Below, in pieces: positions 1 through 11,553 of a stretch of 64,000 nucleotides of DNA (positions are counted from its first letter, which is position 1; every line of letters starts with the position of its first letter). Made by a program: the position numbers and the translations under genes. The notes beneath the pieces are model-generated. The model did not search any database and was not told the origin of the DNA. It saw only the letters and a program-made list of their open reading frames with translations. The DNA lies in assembly GCA_963734545.1 (NCBI GenBank), contig CAVTHO010000004.1:719974-783973 (forward strand), written 5' to 3'. This stretch comes from an uncultured Spirochaetota bacterium (GTDB lineage Bacteria; Spirochaetota; Spirochaetia; SZUA-6; Fen-1364).

Positions 1-1334
1 GACACGATCATCTCTTCGTGGTAAACCTTCGTGAGCCCTTCCAGCCGGGAGGCCAGGTTCACCATGTCCCCGATCACCGTGTAGTCCATCTTCTGTTCCG
101 AGCCGATGTTTCCCACCGTGACTTCCCCATAGTTGATGCCGATCCCGATCTTGAATTGCGGCCGGCCCTTCTTGAGCTGGCCGGCGTTGAAGAGCTTGAG
201 CGCATCCAGCATGTCGAAGCCCGAGACTCACGGCCTGATAGGCCTCGTCACCGTAGTGCACGGGAGCGCCGAATGTGGCCATGATCGCGTCCCCGATGTA
301 CTTGTCCACGATTCCCTTGTGCTCCATGATGATCTTTACCATCCGTCCGAAGTAGGCGTTCAGCGATTCCACCACCTCGTTGGGGGGCAGGCCCTCGGAA
401 AGAGTCGTGAACCCGCGGATATCGGAGAAGAGGACCGCGAGCACCCGGTCCTGGCCCACCAGCATGGACTCGGGATTGGCGAAGAACTCGTCGATTACCG
501 CCTTGGGCACGTACTTCTGGAAGATGTTCCTGATCTTCTGCTCGCGATGCTGGGCAACCACCGCTTTCAGCGCGTAGCCCTTGATCTGCTTGTAGGCCTT
601 TTCCAGCTCCTCTGTCATCAGGTTCAGGCTGTGGCCAAGCTCCCCGGTTTCGTCCTTGTAGAGTATTTCGACGCGCTTGGACAGATCGCTCGTGCTCATG
701 ATCTGCCGCATCACTGAAACCACCATGCGCAAAGGCTGCGTCATGATGAACGAAAAGTAGAACAGCAGGATCAGGGCGATTGCCAGTGAAACCAGGAGGA
801 TCACCGCGGTCTGCCTGAATATCTGGGTGGTGATCTTGTAGAAGGCGTCGCGCTTCTCGGTGACAAGAACATACCAGCCGAACGGCGCGAACTCCTTTGC
901 CTGGGCAACCCTTTCCACGCCGCCCGCCTTGAGCTGGGCCCAACCGGCAAAGCCATCCGCTTTCATGCGTGAAAGCTGGGCGGATTCCGGACTGCTCAGA
1001 GCTGAGATCTCCGGTGTGCAGGACCACGTTTCCCTGAGCGTCAACCGCAAAGATCAGCTCCGCCTCATCCCGCACCAGCGAGCGCGCGTAGGATGCCACC
1101 GCGGCCTTCGCGGCATCCACGAATTCCAGTCTCCCGACCATATTGTTCTGCACCAGAAGGGACCACTGGCTGTTCGCGTAGTTTTCAAGGTCATCGATCT
1201 TGAAGCGCAGAAAGCTGGTGGCGATGCCGGTGATCCCGTTCCTCGCCGACAGCGCGGCGATGTACCCCGTTACAAGGAGCGGCCCCACGATCAGGGGGAG
1301 AACCAGCAGCACCACCTTTGCCCGGAATATTCAT
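1..1334 (-). CDS. Membrane-bound class III adenylate/guanylate cyclase with HAMP domain (3'-truncated by window; frameshifted)
   Basis: N-terminal TM and sensor domain in ORF 248..1315. An alternative frame reads TM-HAMP then [45 protein letters not shown] at 1334; frameshifts near 1325 and 975. Confidence 0.9.
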
Positions 1335-1521
1335 CGTGAGCAGACTGTACTATGACGGCTTTCACCGGGTCAACGCAAAGCCCGGCCGGATCCGGACTGC
1401 GAAAAATCGCTCCTTGCAGATGCGACTGATTGCGGCAATAATGCCCCTGTTCCTTGCCTTCGGCTGCACTTATTGCCCGTGGCAGCCGATCTTGAGGGAA
1501 GGGCCGCAGGGAGAATCAGAG

Positions 1522-3438
1522 GTGAGGGGTCTACTTCGCAAAGCGCTCACGCTGCACGCACATGGAAAATCGGCGGAAACCCCGAAGCCGGCCGATCTGC
1601 TGCTCGAAGACCCGGAGGGGCAGGACGAATCCACGGGCATATCCGTGGAAGAGAAACGGCAGATAACCGACCAGATCGACCGGCTCATGGCGGACAACAG
1701 GATCGAGGTCTCTCCGGAGAATCTTTCCTATGTGTCCCGGCGCAACGGCGCGCTCCTGCCTTTGTTCAGCAATATCGCGATTCTCTCCGTGGTAATTATC
1801 GCCCTCCTCGTCATCTCGCACTTCCTCAACCGTCAGGAGAGGTCGATCGCCACATCCGGAACAGCGATCCTCACCGCCGAAAGCAAGCTGATTGCCGCGC
1901 TCAGGCAGGAAGCGGATCAACAGCTTCAGCAGAGAGACCGCACGATCGTGGATGCGCAGAACAAGCTCAACGCAATCAGCAGGGAGAAGGAGCAGCTCCG
2001 CGGACAGGCTGACTCGATCATTCGCGCCCGAGAGCAGGAGCTCAAGGACGATTTCGACCGCAATCTTGCCGCGGAGCGGGACCGGCTGGAAAAGCAGGGC
2101 ATGGCCGCAGCCTCCGTCGAGCAGAAAATGAAGGCCTTCCAGGATGCGGAAAGACAGCAGCTCGAGCAGCAGCTTGCAGGCGCGCGCCAGCAGGCCGAGG
2201 CGGATCTGGCGGCAAAGCAGGAGGCCTTCGCCGCCCAGGAAGCACAGTACCAGCGCGACCTCGAAGCAGCCCGGCAGGAACGCATACGAATGCAGGACGA
2301 GACGCGGCAGAAAGAGGCGGAGCTCCAGAAACAGTACGCGCAAAAGGCGCAGCAGGCCGAAGACGAAGGCGCACGCGTGGGAGCGGAGCTGGCGCGCCTC
2401 CGCGCGCAGCAGGACCAGGAGAAGCTGGTGCTCGACCAGCTCACTGCCGGCTACGCGCAGGTGAATGAATCCCTCCAGGCGGCCCGGTACGATCAGGCGC
2501 AGGAAGGGCTGGCCTCCCTCAGGAAGCTGCTGGATGACGATTCTGTTGCCGCTCTTCCCACGGTGCAGCGGAGACGCTCGGTGGAAGTGTTTCTTATCAG
2601 CTCTCTTGAAGAGCTGGTGAAAGCCCGTCAGGCCGGGACATCCACGGACAGCGCCTCTCTGGCACAGACTTCATCCATCATCAGCGAAGTTACCGATCTG
2701 GTCAGGCGCGGGGATGAGCTCGCCCATTCGGGAGACGCGCAGGGCGCGCGTCTGGCCTATGAGGCGGCACTGGGAAAGGTCCCTCCCCTCGCAGCCGCAT
2801 CCGGGAAAATCCAGGATATGCGGAACAATGATGCCGCGGCACTGCTGCGTCAGGCGAACGTCTTCTACCAGGCGGGCAACTTCCAGGCTTCCATCGACCG
2901 CTACCAGCAGACCGTGGGACTGCTTCTGAATGACAAAGTCCTGGCCCGGCAGCTCACCGATTCTCTGACAAAGGCAGGCTACCGGATATTCGCCGCGGAT
3001 GACCTTGCCCAGCTCGCCCGGCTGAAAAGCACGGACCAAAAGCGGCAGGAGGTGAACGCCCGGCTCCGGGATATCCGTGCCCAGTACAAGGCGTACGTTG
3101 CCCTTATTCCCCGGTCCTCTGCCGCAGACCCGAGCTCTCCTGAATCCCTTGCCACATTGCTTCAGGCAAAGATCCTCCTCAGACAGGTCCTGGACACCGA
3201 GCCGGTGCGCTCGCAGTATCCCGATCTTGCGGCAAAAACCGAGCGCTACATCGACGCAGTCTCGGCAAGGGCAAAGGACGAGGGGCGCAAGGAGGCGCTC
3301 GACGCGTTGGACTCTCTGTTCGGCAAGCTGCAATCCGGCGACAAGACCTCCCTGCCCGGTCTGGCCCAGATCTCAGCGAATGGTGAACGGGATCCGCTTC
3401 TCCGTCTCCTGGACAGGCTGCAGGCGATAATTCAGTAG
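1522..3438 (+). CDS. Hypothetical single-TM protein with long coiled coil and TPR-like helices
   Basis: Within the 706-aa ORF 1318..3438; likely GTG start near 1522. TM segment LLPLFSNIAILSVVIIALLVISHF, then Q/E/A/R-rich heptads and TPR-like ANVFYQAGNFQASIDRY. Confidence 0.75.
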   Translation: MRGLLRKALTLHAHGKSAETPKPADLLLEDPEGQDESTGISVEEKRQITDQIDRLMADNRIEVSPENLSYVSRRNGALLPLFSNIAILSVVIIALLVISHFLNRQERSIATSGTAILTAESKLIAALRQEADQQLQQRDRTIVDAQNKLNAISREKEQLRGQADSIIRAREQELKDDFDRNLAAERDRLEKQGMAAASVEQKMKAFQDAERQQLEQQLAGARQQAEADLAAKQEAFAAQEAQYQRDLEAARQERIRMQDETRQKEAELQKQYAQKAQQAEDEGARVGAELARLRAQQDQEKLVLDQLTAGYAQVNESLQAARYDQAQEGLASLRKLLDDDSVAALPTVQRRRSVEVFLISSLEELVKARQAGTSTDSASLAQTSSIISEVTDLVRRGDELAHSGDAQGARLAYEAALGKVPPLAAASGKIQDMRNNDAAALLRQANVFYQAGNFQASIDRYQQTVGLLLNDKVLARQLTDSLTKAGYRIFAADDLAQLARLKSTDQKRQEVNARLRDIRAQYKAYVALIPRSSAADPSSPESLATLLQAKILLRQVLDTEPVRSQYPDLAAKTERYIDAVSARAKDEGRKEALDALDSLFGKLQSGDKTSLPGLAQISANGERDPLLRLLDRLQAIIQ

Positions 3439-3449
3439 CTGCACGGACT

Positions 3450-5920
3450 TCAGTTCGCCGGTAATGATGAGAGTATAGGTCGGGACGGTTCTGCTGGCGA
3501 GTGACACATCGAATCCAGCGAGGTATCCAGCCGCGTCACGCAGCCAGGTAGCGGAAATGCTGCTCCCGGCCGCAACGTTTGCGCTTTGGGCCATCGTGCT
3601 CGGCGCAGGTCATGAAATAGAGCGTGACGTTGTGGTGTCCTGCCCAACTGATGTAGACGGTAACGCTGGCAGCAGTGCCCGTATTGTAGGCAAACATGTC
3701 GTCGGTATCTCGTAAGCAGGTCATCCAGTCACGAGTAACGCTCATGCCAGGCTGCAGCGTGATGCCGAGGTTCGTCGCGTCGCTTGCAGGTTCGTCGCAT
3801 GTTGTTGGGCTCTGCTTCGTTGATGTAGCCGACAGCCGTAAGTACTCCCGTACGCCTTCGAATCGTTCGTGGAATCCGTATCGACATCCACCGGGAGCCG
3901 AGACCATGACGACAAGGTCGTAATTGCCGTAGTGCATCGGGCCACTGCGCCGGTAATGGAATATCACGCTGAAGTCGTCGACGCAGGGAGCGGCGGTCGA
4001 GACTCCGGAGGCCATGGCAACGGCGGAGGAATCCACGAGCCCGCTCGTGGAGGCGTACGCTGTCCAGCTCACGTACTGAGAGCCTTGTCCGGCGCTCGTG
4101 ATTGCTGAGGTGGAATGATGCACCGTTCACGTTGCCCAGAACCGCCGCAGTCGGTGCGCACCGTGTATAGTTGACCGACGAAACGGCATAGTCGATGATG
4201 CGGAGCGGTCATCACGTATCCCGGGCTTGCCCTGACATTGTACAGTAGGGCCCACATCATCCGAAGCAGCGACCGACACGATCAGGAAGTACGTGCTTCC
4301 GAGGCGTTCGGCCAGATTCCCGGTGACGGGAATGAATGGGCACGACGGACGACGCACGGGAATTGAGCTGGCCGGTCGTGCTCGAGGCAATCAGAGTGTC
4401 GCCGCATGGGCGTGAGCGTAGGTGCCACGTACGCGGTCCAGCATATTCTGGGTGCCGTTTGCAGTTCCCGACGTTCTGGAGATGTGAAATTCGCCGTTCG
4501 AGCGGGTCGCCGGCCACCTGGCCGAGCCGTGGCTGTCAACCGCACCGTAACCGGTTGTAGTCCACATGCGTCGTGGTATCCCCTCCGCTCGCCTGGCTAT
4601 TGTTCCCCGTATTGATGTCGTCCGCCGCGGAAACCCGCACTTTCAGGAAATAGGGACCACCGGGCGTGCTCGGCCACGTGCCGGTAAAGCTGATCGCCGC
4701 GGAGTCCGGTGCGGCCAGCCAGCGCACCGTGCGTCCCCGTGTCGATCACTATGTCCGGCGGCGCGGTGATCGTGGGAGATGAGCTGAGGCGACACGTATG
4801 CCGTCCACGTCACGGTCTGGCTGCCCGGCATCCGCGCCCGTGTTCAGAAGCGTGAAGCTTCCATTCAGCGGGCCTCCGGCAACCAGGGCTCCGGTGCTCT
4901 GGACATTGGACACGGAATAGTCGATATTCGGCGGAGAAAGGGTGACCGGTGTAGGGACCCGCGATGTTGTTCGCGGAGTTGAGATCATCATCGGCCGCGA
5001 CCACGACGAAGAGATACTTTGTCGCGCCGCCGGGAACAGGCACGACAGGCCAGGTCCCCGTGATCGGGATGGTCACCGTGTCGGACGGCGTACCGGATGC
5101 GGCCAGCGATCCGGCGACGTTGTTGGTCAGGATCTGCATCCCCGCGGTGTTGAACGTGGAAGAGTCGGACAGGTAGACCCACCAGCTCACCGGTTGGGAT
5201 CCTCCTGATACGCCATTGTTCTTTACAGTGAACTCGTAGCCCGCGGCAACAGGCTTCCCTCCCTTGCCTCCCGTGGGAGGCGTGACCGACTGGATCGTAT
5301 AGTCGACGTTGGTTGCCGTCAGCGTGACGTGCACGGTTGCCGTTGTTGTTTGGGGTGTGACCGGGGTCGAGTCCGTCACTCTCACCGTGTCGTCTCCGGT
5401 GGTGAACCCGGACGTGTAGAGCCCGCCGGTGGATATCGTGGGACCGGATTGGGAGCCGGCGTCGAATGCTGAAAGTGTACGGGAATGTTCCGCCCACCGC
5501 GACGAACTGGATCGTCCCGTTCTTGCCGACGCTGACATCGGAAGGATTGATTGCGAGGAGCCCTGTCGGCGTCACATTTATCGTCGCATCGCTTGTCTTC
5601 TTGTTCTTGTCCGTCACGCGGATGACAGCGGTCCCCCCTCCGCTTGCAGAGAATACCCCTGTGGAGCTGTTGATGGTTCCCGGTCCTGACACCACCGAGT
5701 AGGTATAGGGACGAGTGCCGCCGGTGGCGCTGAAGGTCAGGCTCGTTCCGTCGGCAATCGTGCCCGCGGCGGGCGCAATGGTCACGGGGCCGCTTACTAT
5801 CTGGTCTCCAAGGGCACCGTAGAATACGCCCTCCTTGCAGGAAGCAAGGGACAGGAGGAGAAGAAGAAGCCCATGGATCAACGTTCGTCGCACGTGAAAT
5901 TCCCCGGCTCCGCGCTTCAT
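3450..5920 (-). CDS. Large Ig-like/CARDB-like repeat lipoprotein with PPC-like C-terminal module (multiply frameshifted)
   Basis: Lipobox LLLSLASC; T/S/G/V-rich beta modules across ORFs 4988..5920, 4810..5538, 4749..4991, 4536..4727 and 3536..4123; repeated VDY...V and SQ.V.W..Y.S motifs; NEAEPNN motif. 3' end approximate. Confidence 0.7.
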
Positions 5921-6993
5921 AATATGAAAGTGACCATGACCGTTGGAGAGAAGCCCATGATCAGATAGGGCATCTCAAAGTATATCTCGTAGTCGGCGAT
6001 TAAGCTGAGGCCCCACCCCTGCGTGACCATGAATGTAGCGCCGATTCCGCTTTTCAGAAACGCCGTGAAGTCCGAGAGAGTCCCCTGCGACCCTGTGTTC
6101 AGCACGAGCACGGCAGGCCCGCCCGAAACATGTGCAAACGCGAGAAGCGGGGTTCCATTTCCTATCTCATAGCGGACGTCCGGTCCGAAGGGGTATCAGG
6201 AAGCTCGTGGCAGAGTCCGTTGGGCCTGTGGCGGAGAAAAAGTTCACGCCTGCATAAAGTCCCACGGCAAAACGTCCGGCAGGAGTGATGAACTGAAGGC
6301 TGGCAAGCAGGGAAGGAAAGAGCCCGACGGAAAAGTAGTAGCTGGCAGATCCAATCGGGATGAATGACGCAAAACTCGAGGAGAGAGAATAGCGCATGAT
6401 CGAGGGCGGAACCACTGCCGGCACGGTGCCGGCGCGGCCTCGGCCGGCATCCGCCCTGCTTCCTCTTCCCTGGGCTGCGCTCTGGCTTGCGCCTGCATTG
6501 CAGCCTCTCGCAGGCCTGCAAGCTGCTTCACTCTCTCCTGAACCGATGACAGGAGGTCGTCAAGCGCTTTCAGGATGACCGAGTCGAGCATGAGATCCAG
6601 GGGCCCCTTCTCCTCGCGTATGACAGGCGGACCCCTTTTTTGAACGTCGCGCCATTGGAGGGAAATAGCCATCTGGGAGCCGACCACGGAATAGCTGCAG
6701 CTCAGCGTGATGGCGGCGCCCGCCTCCCGTGCCTTCGCCTCCAGGTCCGGAGCGCTCGGTGTGCCGGGCAGGAAGCTCACGGCAAGCCCGCGGCTGATCA
6801 GCCTGTACCGAACCGCGTCGGCAATGACCGGGCCGAACGACTCGGTGTCAGGCACCTGTGGGTAGGTTGCCACAATGATGTCAGGCGGAAGCTCCTGCTG
6901 CGCGCCGGAATCCCCCCGGGCGGGGGCGGGAATGAGGATAAGGATGGCGCATCCGAGCATAATGACTGCGCGTCGCGCCCACTCCGCCATCAT
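5917..6993 (-). CDS. Exported protein: N-terminal alpha/beta domain, Ala/Gln linker, C-terminal OM beta-barrel-like domain (frameshifted)
   Basis: Signal peptide; ORFs 6244..7104, 6167..6424 and 5917..6111 join into one gene. Alternating hydrophobic strands (FAVGLYAGVNFF, WGLSLIADYEIYF, TVMVTFIL). Stop overlaps the next start (ATGA). Confidence 0.6.
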
Positions 6994-7144
6994 GCCCCTG
7001 GTGGAACCCGGATTCTTCAAGGTCCTACTCTCGATTGATATCAGCGTGCAATCTGAAGCGAGCGCATATATTACTATTTTGGTTAGTTTCTGTCTCCCCT
7101 GCAAGCCCTATGAGAAAAACGGCCTATGGGGCCGCGCTGTGAGC

Positions 7145-7804
7145 TCAGCCTTGGACCTTGTGAAAAATCCGGGCGAAGAGCATCAGCTTCGGAAACCTGT
7201 TCTCCTGGCCGCGCAGCAGCCGGCCGATGTTGGCACGGTGCGTGTAGATGATCAGCAGCGCCACGGGAATGGAGAACCAGAAAAGGAGCGGCGAAACCTG
7301 CGCCACTCCTGTCCGGTCCAGGACAAGAAGGACCAGGGGGAACAGCAGGGCAGCACACATCGACGCAACGGAGACGATTCCGAAAGAAATCAGGGTGATT
7401 CCGAACACGCCGATGCAGACGAGCAGGGCAACGGGATAGAGCCCGACGAGCATTCCCGCGGCAGTGGCGACTCCCTTGCCGCCTCGAAAGCCCGCGAACA
7501 CTGTCCAGACATGACCCACAATTGCCGCGCAGCCGGCCGCGATCTGCATGAGCTCGTGTGGAATCGCCCCGGGGACGGGTATCCTCGATATGAACAGGGT
7601 GGCAGCAAGCCCCTTGGCCACGTCGACGAGAACCGTCGGCACGCCCCCTTTCCAGCCAAAAACTCGAAACGCGTTGGTGCCCCCCGCGTTTCCGGAGCCC
7701 AGGTCACGCGGATCCTTTCCGAAAAAGACCCTGCCCACGATGATGCTTGTGGGAAAGGCGCCAAGAAGATAGGAGCAGAGAACGATCAGGACGACCCCTA
7801 TCAC
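7145..7804 (-). CDS. plsY: Glycerol-3-phosphate 1-O-acyltransferase PlsY
   Basis: YLLGAFP, GSGNAGGTN, DVAKG, GHVWTVFAGFRGGKGVAT and HRANIGRL motifs. Confidence 0.96.
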   Translation of the reverse strand: MIGVVLIVLCSYLLGAFPTSIIVGRVFFGKDPRDLGSGNAGGTNAFRVFGWKGGVPTVLVDVAKGLAATLFISRIPVPGAIPHELMQIAAGCAAIVGHVWTVFAGFRGGKGVATAAGMLVGLYPVALLVCIGVFGITLISFGIVSVASMCAALLFPLVLLVLDRTGVAQVSPLLFWFSIPVALLIIYTHRANIGRLLRGQENRFPKLMLFARIFHKVQG

Positions 7805-9703
7805 CCCTTGCGCTCCGGCAGTATGTACCCCACGCCTACCGCCCCTTCACCGACATGTGCCGCGAGGACCGAAGTCACTTCCGCCAGGAACACCGGCCGT
7901 GCCAGGGTGAAACGTTCGGCAATGCGGTCCCTGAACCAGAGTGCGTCCGCTTCTGCGTTGGCGTGGGCAATGCCGAACTCCATCGGGACCCGTGGATCGA
8001 TCTCACGCTCCATCAGACGGAGGATCCTTTTTCTGCCGCCCTTGACGCCGAAGACCGTGGCGCCCTGCTCGACCTTTCCCTGGGTCTCGGCGTTGAGCCG
8101 GAGGATGGGCTTGAGGTGGAGCAGGTTCGCAACCAGGCCTTTCATCCTGCTTACCCGTCCGCTGCGCATGAGGCTTTCCAGGGTACGCACTGCGACGTGG
8201 ACGCGTACTCTCGGGATGAGCCGATTCATGAGGGCAACGACTTCCTCCCGGGTTGCCCCACGCTCCACCGCCTCGGCGGCCGTGCGCACAAGGAGCCCGA
8301 GCCCCATCGAAACGGACTTCGTATCTATGACGTCGATATTGTCTCCCGCCAGCTTCGCCCCTGTCCGGGCCGAATCAAAGGTCCCGCTGATTCCGCTCGA
8401 CAGGGAAAGTGACAGGACCGACTTGTAGTGTCTGAGCAGGAAGTCGTAGCGCCCCTTGAAATCAGCCGGGGACGGCTGTGAAGTCGTGGGGTGGGAGCTC
8501 TTCCGCTGCGCCCCCCGCTGGAGCGAAAAGAGGATCTGGGGCGTGATGGAAAGCTTGTCGAAGTAGCTCTTGCCTTCGAAATTGAGTATGCAGGGAACGA
8601 TATGCAGCGTGTGTGCGTCTATCACTTCCGGGGGAAGATCACAGGCCGAATCAACCGCAATGGCGATGTCGGGGTGAGCCGTATGCGCGGCGCGATATTG
8701 CGCTTTCATGTCCTCCACGCGATGGGCGGCGATATCGCCGTGCCGCACGACGTTCTGGAAGACAAGGCCGGGCGAGTTCGAGTGGATGTGTATCTTGGCC
8801 CGGGCCGCGGAGCCTGCCACGATGAGCGAATGAGCCCATGCCGGACAATTCCGTTCTTATCCTGCCGACATCGATGTCGGAGCCTTCCAGGACGAACTGC
8901 GTGCAGTAGCGGAACTCCGGGTCTTCCACCGCCTCCCCGGGGATCTCATTCTCTTCAGCGGTCTCTTCCGGTGCGTGTGTGTCGAGCTCGCCGATCCGGC
9001 CGGCCGAGATGAACCGTGTGATGCCTGCCAGCATGTGCACGAGCCCCTGCGCTCCGGCGTCCACCACGCCCGCGAGGGTCAGGACCGACAGGGTTTCCCG
9101 GGTGCGCATGAGAGACCTTGCCGCGCTTCGGTAGGCATGCTGGAGCAGCTCCACGAAGTCATCCGTCCGGGAGCTCCACTCGTAGACCGTGTTCCCCCAG
9201 TCCCGCAAGACAGTGAGGATCGTGCCTTCCCGCGGCTCTGAGACGGCGTCCCATGGGTAGGCAACGGCTTTCCGCACTCCCAGCCCGAAAGAGCGGGTGG
9301 TGAGCTTCACCGCGTGGGCCATCTCCTGCGCGAGCCCGTGAAAGAACTGCGCGAGAATGGTGCCGCTGCAGCCGCGCGCGCCGGAGAGGGCAAGGTCAGC
9401 AACGGACCGGAGCATCCTGTCGATGGCCCGCTCCTTGCTGGGGGCGATCCCGTTCACGATGAAGCCCAGGGTGCCCGCCATGTTGCTGCCCGTATCCCCG
9501 TCCGCTACGGGAAACACATTGATGGAGTTGATGCGCTCTCTGTACCTGATAAGCTGTCGTGCGCCTGCAATCAGGGCTCGTCGGAATCTGAGCCCGTTCA
9601 GGTAGCGAATCCGCGGGGCCGCCGCTGCCGTCACTGTCGAAGGCTCCTGAGCTGTAGTTGATTCATAAACCACCTTGGGGCAGATTCCGTTCCGGCGGGA
9701 CAC
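7801..9703 (-). CDS. DAK2 (FakA-like) - DegV (FakB-like) fatty acid kinase fusion (frameshift near 8830)
   Basis: INVFPVADGDTGSNM, GARGCSG, EGTILTV, VVDAGAQG and YCTQF, then KIHIHSN, DSACDLP, TTSQPSP, LSSGISGT, SGRVS and HVGEGAVG. True start probably about 9635. Confidence 0.88.
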
Positions 9704-9846
9704 GGTGCCATAGCCACCATAGCATACATTTCATCTCTTTGAATATACTGACGCGAGGGGAAAGCGGGGAGCGCATTAGTGGATGCGCCGGACATCGACT
9801 GACCGCTCCGCCCAGGCGGGAATAGGCTGAGCGCGCAGCCCAGGCG

Positions 9847-9877
9847 AAAAAAAGCCCGCGGTCGGAAGGCCGCGGGC
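9847..9877 (-). terminator. Rho-independent terminator of the barrel-TGase / Ig-lipoprotein operon
   Basis: Minus strand GCCCGCGGCC-TTCC-GACCGCGGGC followed by T7, 36 nt after the stop at 9914. Confidence 0.8.
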
Positions 9878-9913
9878 GAGCACGTATCAGAATATGGACC
9901 TGCTCTCCTGGCT

Positions 9914-11553
9914 TTACTTGACTATGACTGTGAAGTATGTCTTCGGCGCGTCTGCGGGAAGGAACGTGGTCCCCTGAACGTACCAATAGTACGTGCCCGG
10001 TTTCAGATCTCCCACCGGGATATCGAGGTAGTTTATTAATTCCGTTCTTCCCAACGGCCCGAACTTGGGAATAGGAGCAGCAGTCGCGACGTAAATACGG
10101 TAGCCAGTGGTCATGGGTCGCCACTCAAAGTGAATAGGCAGTGCGACGTTAACCATCGCGCCATCCGGGGGCAACGCGGGGACAACCACAACGTCTTGCT
10201 CTGCAAAATTCGAGAGATTCCCGACATCGTCGTATTCGGCAACCTTCAGGGTCCACTTTCCGTCACTGAGAGGGTAAACACGCTGCTGGATCAACTCTGC
10301 CAGGTGAGCCGCATTGACGGGGAATGAGGCCGATTTCAACTTTCCCTCCCATCTCACCTCTCCCTTTGGGCTCCACAATTGAATTATATACATCCCGCTC
10401 CCCCGTTTCCACCAGATGCCCACGTCCATGTCGGGGTAACCGCTGGGGTCGTGATGGGATTGAATACCGGCACATTGGGAGGCGTCGCGTCCCTTTTCAC
10501 GGTGAGGGTGGCAGAGTTGGTGCGTAAAACGCCGTCCGTAACTGTGAGGGTGACGACGTAGGTGCCATCTGCACTGGCGCTTATGGTGGTGTTCAATGCG
10601 TTTGACGACCCGAACGTGATTGCCGCCGGGCCGGTCCAATTCCACTTCGTGATACCGCTTGCGTCTGACGCTTTCGCGTTGGTCGTTCTTGTCGGAGTGC
10701 TCATAGTCAGAGTGCTCATCGATCCGGCGGACACGGTGGGATTGGTCGTATCGAGGATGACCGTGTCGGTTGCCACGGGCGATACGTCCCCCGTGGCGGT
10801 CCTCAGGAACTGAATATAGATTGTCTTTGTCCCGTCACCTGCGGGGAGCTCGATATCGGACCGGAGCGGAGTATACACATCCCCCGAGCCAAAGCTGGGT
10901 AGCGAGCCAACCATCACTGGATCGGTAAAGCTGCTCGAACGCTGTCGCCGATGTCGCCATTCTGTACTTGTCCACAACTGCCTTGAAGTGTATCCAGAGC
11001 TTCAGGGGCGAGGGAGCCCCGATATACGTGATTTCCCTGGGATTTCCTTGCAACCGTCGAGAACCCCGTCGGTAATGGTGATATCTCCCGCCGGGTAAAC
11101 TCCCGTCGTGAATGACCAGCTCATGGGAGTCTCGATCTCGCTCGCATCGTCCCCGAGCACGGCCGAGGTAACGGTGACGTCATACGCAGTGTTATCATTC
11201 AGAAAGGGCTTGGGCGTCAGTGTCACGGTCTTGTTCGAGTTGCTGTAGCTTATGGTAAGGGAGTAATTCACGGCCGCGCCATTGCTGGGCTTGATCGCGA
11301 TGCTGGCAGCGGAAACAGTGCTCGTGTCGACCGGCCTGTCGAACTCGATCGTGATCGGGGTTCCTGGATTCACGCTTGTTGTGCCGGTGGGTGACTGCAG
11401 GCCTTTCACAACCAGGAATTTGGCATTGGCCCTCTTCACCTCCGTGGTGACGGTCTGGAGGATGTCGATGGGGTTGGAGCACGTCATGAAGGAAAGAGCC
11501 ACTCCGAAGAGGACGCCGATACCGCAGAGGCTTCTTCTCACTCTTCGTTCCAT
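9914..11553 (-). CDS. Ig-like (Big_5-type) domain lipoprotein (frameshifted)
   Basis: Lipobox VALSFMTC; ITIEFDRPVDTSTV...TVTLTP...WSFTT; later GDGTKTIYIQF/DTVILDTT Ig modules. ORFs 11002..11553, 10835..11053, 10384..10977 and 9914..10645. Confidence 0.75.
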
